Of a stretch of DNA of 64,000 bases, positions 58,716 to 64,000 are shown in pieces. Below the pieces are notes generated by a model. It ran no database searches and was not told the origin of the DNA. It was given only the letters and a program-made list of their open reading frames with translations. This DNA is from Cetorhinus maximus (Eukaryota). The position numbers were made by a program, and so were the translations under genes. How positions within the stretch are numbered: the first letter of the stretch is position 1; each line of letters begins with the position of its first letter. The stretch lies in the NCBI RefSeq assembly GCF_964194155.1, contig NC_135886.1, positions 141,236,001 through 141,300,000 on the forward strand, read 5' to 3'.

Positions 58716-59323
58716 ATAACGAAAAAAACAACAAAATAGGAAAGTAAAATCAAAGCTAGAAGCTGTCTCAAGATTCAGTTGGTAGCAAACTCCCCAGGGA
58801 AACTGTTCGAGAAAATATCCAGGAATCAGATCAGGTATTGTGAAATTCCTTTGCATGTGCATATTGGTAGCAACCATTCCAATTGTTGCCATAACAACTC
58901 TAATCAAATCACATCAAGGTCATATAGATTTATTTGAAAGGAAAGTCCTGCTAATTTAACTTATACAAAGAGGCTATTGAACAATGAGTCAGAGAGATAC
59001 AGAAATGACAAAGAGAGAAAGATTGGAAAGCAAATGAAAATGCAGAGAGGGAAAAGGAATAACTAGACCCTGGAGGTGGGATGGAGACACCGATACAAGA
59101 GTGACCCAGATATTATTGTATTCATTCATGGGTCGTGGACATTGCTGGCAAAGTCAGCGCTTATTGCCATTACGGATTGATCTGGAGAAGGCAGTGGTGA
59201 GCCTCCTTCTTCAACCGCTGCAGTCTGGTTGGTATGGGTATAGGCACATTGCTGTTGAGTGGCAGCAAAGCAATGATACCGTCAAAGCCATTGATCTCGA
59301 AGGAAGCTGCCCACAAATATCGA

Positions 59324-59927
59324 GGCCAGAATTTTACGTTGATCGGGTGGGTGCGCGCCCAACCCAAACGCACGTGAAATTGCACGAAAGGACGTTGGGC
59401 GGGTGTCCCGAAGCCGTTGCGCACTTGCGCAATATCTCGCTCGTCGGGCACGCATGGCAGTCGGAAGTGCGCCCACCAACAAATAAGCAGGCAATTAAGC
59501 CCGTTAAGGAGGCAATTGAAAGCTATTTTTCGTGGCCCATCTGCCAACCATAAAAGGCCAGGCGGCCTTTACACTTTTGCTCAAACCTCGATCCAGGGAG
59601 GGATAAAATCTCCATGGGGATGTAAAATAAGAAGAGCTATCTGGGTACTGTTTTATTATGAGGTGCGCTTTCAGGTGCTAGATTGTGCTGCATGCACATA
59701 TTTTGCAGCATTTTTGTCCAGGGAGCTCACTGGAAGTGCTCACTGTGGTGACCTCGTGTCTGCCCTCTTCCTGCCCCTGTGGCAGTGCTGAGCTTTTGTC
59801 AGCGTGTGTTTCACACTGGCTGGCTGTTGACTGGCCAGCCGATGTGAAATAGCGGTCAGGGGCCCGTTCCCTGTCCGCTCCCGGGCCTACCAATCGCAAC
59901 ATGCCTGACGAGCGAAAAACCCAGGCC
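59324..59927 (+). mobile_element. PIF/Harbinger MITE family A
   Basis: TIRs GGCCAGAATTTT / AAAACCCAGGCC; TSD CGA/CTA. Confidence 0.8.
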
Positions 59928-60050
59928 CTAGTGATCTCAGGGGGGTGGGGGGGGGGTGGATTCCTCTTTTCCTAATGGCAATTTAAAACGGGTCAAATCA
60001 AGAGGATCTCCAGAAGTCCAGCAGCAAACTGGTGAGCAGCAAGTCACAAG

Positions 60051-60678
60051 GGGCTGGATTTTGAGCTCGGCATTGCAGGCAAGTGCCCAAAACGCACGAG
60101 CGTGAAATAACGCGCAACGATGTCAGGCAAGCGTCCCGAAGTCATCGCGCGCCCGTGTGATACTTCGGTCGGCGTGCACGTGCGAGAGTCGGCAGCGTGC
60201 CCGCCGACAATTCAGAGGGCTATTAAGCCCGTTAGGCAATTAATTAAATTGAAATTTTCCCTGCAGGCGGGTGAATAGGCCAGGCGGCCTTTGCATTTTT
60301 TGTGAAACCCCCGTGCACGGGTGGGATGAGGCTTCCAACAGTGACGATAAAAATTTTTTTTAACATTTTAAAATCATATTTCATATATCCCTGGTCATGT
60401 GGTGGGGTCACATGTGGGGACACGTTTTCCTTATTTTTACAATCTTCACTTGTCATGTTAAAAATCAGCTCTGTGCCTTCAGGGAGCTTTCACTCAGCGC
60501 AACCCCCCCCCGGCTCATGCGCAGACTTCAGCACTCGCGCTCCTCCCGCCCCCCCCACCCCGGCAGCGCTGAGACTCTCAGCGCGCGTTTCACGCTGGCT
60601 GGGCCGTTAATTGGTCAGGGCCGCGGCCTCTCCCTGGCTCGTCCGCTGCGCCCTCCCGACAAGGGGAAAATCCTGCCC
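60051..60678 (+). mobile_element. PIF/Harbinger MITE family A
   Basis: TIRs GGGCTGGATTTT / AAAATCCTGCCC; shares ATTAAGCCCGTTA and TTTCACGCTGGCT blocks with the other copies. Confidence 0.8.
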
Positions 60679-61769
60679 GATGAATCCTCACAGACAGCAA
60701 ATCGGGAAGTGAAAAGCATTTAATACCCTTCTGATTGAAAATTTCAGGTAGCAAAATAAATGATTGTGCTTAAATTAAGATAGAATCTAAAATAAAGATG
60801 AACAAACTTGAAATGGAGAAAAAGAATTTTTTTTTTAGAATGTGGATTTGTTTTTAATCATTGTGGGATGATTTGACATTCCATGAACATAAAATTAGAT
60901 TTCCAGGGTGAGCGAGCGAGCGAGTTTAGCAGTAATTATGAACTGAGTTACACTGTTAAAAAGCCAGTTACACCTCATTCAACAGGGCGTAAGTTTTCAA
61001 GAATTTTTATAGCGAGACTGACTGCATAAGAGTGAAAATTATCATCAGTTCCATTGATTAAAGTCTGGAGTGCCTCCACAGCACACCCTCTGGTGAAGCA
61101 TAGAATGACTGATGACAGTGATTTCTGGATTATTCTGTGGGTGGGCGGTGTCCCTCAACTGTTGCTAGTTGTAGGGAAGTAGCAATGGAGAGCGCTGACA
61201 ATATCATTTATCACCACAAAATCCAGACAGCTTTTGTTTTTACTTATACAGAATCGAATGGGAGGTAAAACCATTATTAATTTTCGAAAGCTGAGTGCCA
61301 TGGAAGACCCAATTTATTTGCAAAGATGTTGCAGAAATCACAAGGTATGACTGTAGGAAGATATGTCGAAAAACAACTAACATTTCGATAAACGTTTCTG
61401 CCTTTGCAAAGCGTCTTTGGGTATTTGCTACTTTGAAGGAGCTAGACCAGTGGTGGTTTGGATTAGTTGGTGACACTCTCATGTTTGATTCAGAAGGTTG
61501 TGGGTTCAATCCCTGCTCTAGGATTTGAGTATGCAAAGCATTGCAATCCCCACCACTGACACCAATCCTGAATAGTCCAGTCACTTATCTGGGACGAACA
61601 GCATGGACCATTTGCCAGGTTCATCTGTTTCAAACACAAAGGTGCTGCTTATACTGGCTTAGGTGTGTAAGTTATGTTTGGGTACTTTAAAGCAGCTGTT
61701 TATTGTGCGATTACCTATCATTGAGTCTTAACTGTTTTTCAAATTGCTCTGCCTGGGGAAAATAAGCTT

Positions 61770-62090
61770 GAGCAGCGTTTTCATAAAGGTGTTGAAATCG
61801 TGGAGGGTTTTTTGTGGAGTAAATATGGAGAAACTGTTTCCAGGGCAAACAAATTTAAGGTAAGTGGCGATGAGGAGATTTATTTTTATTCAGTGAGTTG
61901 TTGTGATCTGGAATGTACTGCCTGAAAGGGCAGTGGAAACAAACTCAGTCATAAGTTCCAAAAGGGAATTGGGATCAATAATTGAAGGCAAGTAAATTGC
62001 AGAACTATAGGAAAAGGGCCGAGGAAAGGGACTATCGGATAGCTTTTTCAAAGAACTGACACAGGCATGATGGGCCAAATAGTTTCCTTC
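61770..62090 (+). mobile_element. Old CR1 3' end
   Basis: GTGATCTGGAATGTACTGCCTGAAAGGGCAGTGGAA...GATGGGCCAAAT. Confidence 0.7.
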
Positions 62091-62092
62091 TA

Positions 62093-63135
62093 GGAACATA
62101 GGGGCAGGAGTAGGCCATTCAGCCCCTCGATCCAGCTCTGCTATTCAACTAGATCATAGCTGATCATCTACCCCAACACCATTTTCCAGTGCCATCCCCA
62201 TATCCCTTGATATCCTTACAATCCAGAAATTTATCGATCTCTCTTGAATATACTCAATGACTGAACTTCCACAGCCATCTGGGGTAGAGAATTCCAAAGA
62301 TTATCCACCCTCTGAGTGAAGGAATTTCTCCTCATCTCAGTCCTAAATGGCTTGCCCCTTATTCTGAGAGTGTGTCCCCTAGCCAATGCCCAGCCAGAGG
62401 AAACATCTTTCCTGCATCTACCATGTATAGAATTTTGTAATTTTCAATGCGATTACCTCTCATTCTTCTAAACTCTAGAGAATACAAGCCCAGTCTCCTC
62501 AATTTCTCCCCATAGGACAGCCCTGCCATCCCAGGAATTCGTCTGGTGAACCTCTGCTGCACTCCCTCTTTGGCATGTATATCCTTCCTTAGGTAAGGAG
62601 ACCAAAACTGTACACAATACTCCAGATGTGGTCTAACCAAGATTCTGCACAACTGGAGCAAGACTTCACTACTCCTGTACTTAAATCCTCTTGCGATAAA
62701 GGCCAACATCCCACTTGCCTTCCTAATTACTTGCTGCACCTGCATGTTAGCTTTTAGTGACTTCTGAACAAGAACACCCAGGTTCCTTTGGACTTCAGCA
62801 CTCCCCAATCTCATGCTATTTAAGAAATATTCTGCACCTCCATTCCTTCTACCAAAGCGGATAACCTCACACTTTCTACAATGTATTCCATCTGCCATGT
62901 TTTTTTCCACACTCACTAAGCCTGTCCAAATCCACTAGATCCTCCTTGCATCCTTCTCACAGCTCACATTTCCACCTAGTTTTGTGTCATCCACAAACTT
63001 GGAAATATTACATTTAGTCCCTACATCCAAATCATTGCTATAGATTGTGAACAGCTGGGGCCCAAGTACTGACCCTTGCGGTACCGCACTAGTTACAGCC
63101 TGCCAACCTGAGAATGACGTGCTTATTCTTACTCT
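62093..63135 (-). mobile_element. CR1 LINE (RT C-terminus to 3' UTR)
   Basis: ORF 62359-62916 LVRPHLEYCVQFWSPYLRKD...LGLYSLEFRRMRG; FVDD at ~62990. Confidence 0.92.
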
Positions 63136-63387
63136 CTAAGATTCTATGATTTGATTTGTGTCCAAAGAGCGTGATGTTAATTGTATGTTGAAAAGCAGTT
63201 TTCCTGTCCAACAAACTTCCAGTAAACAATGTGTAAGAGTTCTTATTAAATTGGAGTTCATTAGAAATGGAATAACTCATTGCCATTTGTTCCAGGTTCA
63301 GGGTTATCTTCTGTCAAGCCCCTGCCACAATCTAATCACCTATTGAATTTCACTAAGTTTATATTTCACCTCTTATCTATTTTTCCT

Positions 63388-63428
63388 TAGTTCTGGTGAA
63401 GAGTCATACAGACTCGAAACGTTAACTG
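63388..63428 (+). ncRNA. Minimal type-I hammerhead ribozyme fold, copy 1
   Basis: Stem I AGTT/AACT; core CTGGTGA; A; stem II GAGTC-ATACA-GACTC; GAAA; palindromic ACGT mini-stem III; GUU triplet. Position 6 is G, not the canonical A. Confidence 0.6.
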
Positions 63429-63718
63429 TGTTCCTCTCCGCAGATGCTGTCAGACCTGCTGAGTTTTTCCAGGTATTTTTGTTTTTGTTTTGGATTTCCA
63501 GCATCCGCAGTATTTTGCTTTTATCTTAATGTTTAATTGACTGCCACTTCTCTTCGAGGAATGCCTACCTTGAAGAAGTATTACTCTTCTCTCCGACAGG
63601 ATTTCTGCCTCTCTTTTGCCCTGTTCAATCTCCACCTATCACTGGCCCTCTATCCAGCTCTACCTGTCCCACCCCCTCCTGAAACCAGCTTATATTTCAC
63701 CTCTTTTCTATTTTTCCT

Positions 63719-63759
63719 TAGTTCTGGTGAAGAGTCATACGGACTCGAAACGTTAACTG
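63719..63759 (+). ncRNA. Minimal type-I hammerhead ribozyme fold, copy 2
   Basis: Same as copy 1, with loop ATACG. Confidence 0.6.
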
Positions 63760-64000
63760 TATTCCTCTCCACAGATGCTGTCAGACCTGCTGGGTTTTTC
63801 CAGGTATTTTTGTTTTTGTTTTAATCTCAGCAAAGTTGACAGTGTACTGGCTAATGGCACAAGCCCTTCTCTTCACCTGTAAAGTAATCTGAGATGTTCA
63901 TTACAGAATTGCGAGTTGCTACGAATAGCTCAAGGCCACAGAATGTCCAATGTATAGAACATATCACTTGTTACTGTCATTTTCATCTTCTTTTCAAATT

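Larger units (their letters stand above)
63359..63822 (+). mobile_element. Tandem Penelope-pLTR / retrozyme-like unit (331-nt period)
   Basis: 133-bp direct repeats 63359-63491 and 63690-63822 (5 substitutions by eye), each containing an HHR fold. No recognisable coding sequence between them. Confidence 0.75.

Overview
Repeat-dense eukaryotic non-coding DNA (intron or intergenic). The repeat repertoire points to a cartilaginous fish, probably a shark; this is an inference from DeuSINE/SacSINE1-like SINEs, CR1 and L2 LINEs, Penelope-like elements and PIF/Harbinger MITEs. I find no intact host gene, rRNA, tRNA gene or CRISPR array. Every ORF I can assign to a family is a decayed transposon fragment; the rest look like low-complexity or chance frames. 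Recognisable remnants are CR1 (ORF1 SGNH esterase, APE endonuclease, RT), L2 RT, RTE RT, two Penelope families (RT and GIY-YIG), Ty3/Gypsy gag-pro, and a Harbinger DDE transposase with its MITEs. The most interesting signal is a set of Penelope pLTR-derived sequences carrying minimal type-I hammerhead-ribozyme (HHR) folds. These include a tandem pair spaced exactly 331 nt apart (63359-63822, retrozyme-like architecture) and several tiny insertions flanked by target-site duplications (TSDs) with a stereotyped inverted structure. Other notable items are a 144-bp templated inverted duplication inside a LINE, a three-level nested insertion, an in-frame zinc-knuckle repeat expansion, and several repeat-free islands that may be regulatory. 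Repeat boundaries were read by eye and are approximate unless a TSD or terminal inverted repeat (TIR) is quoted.
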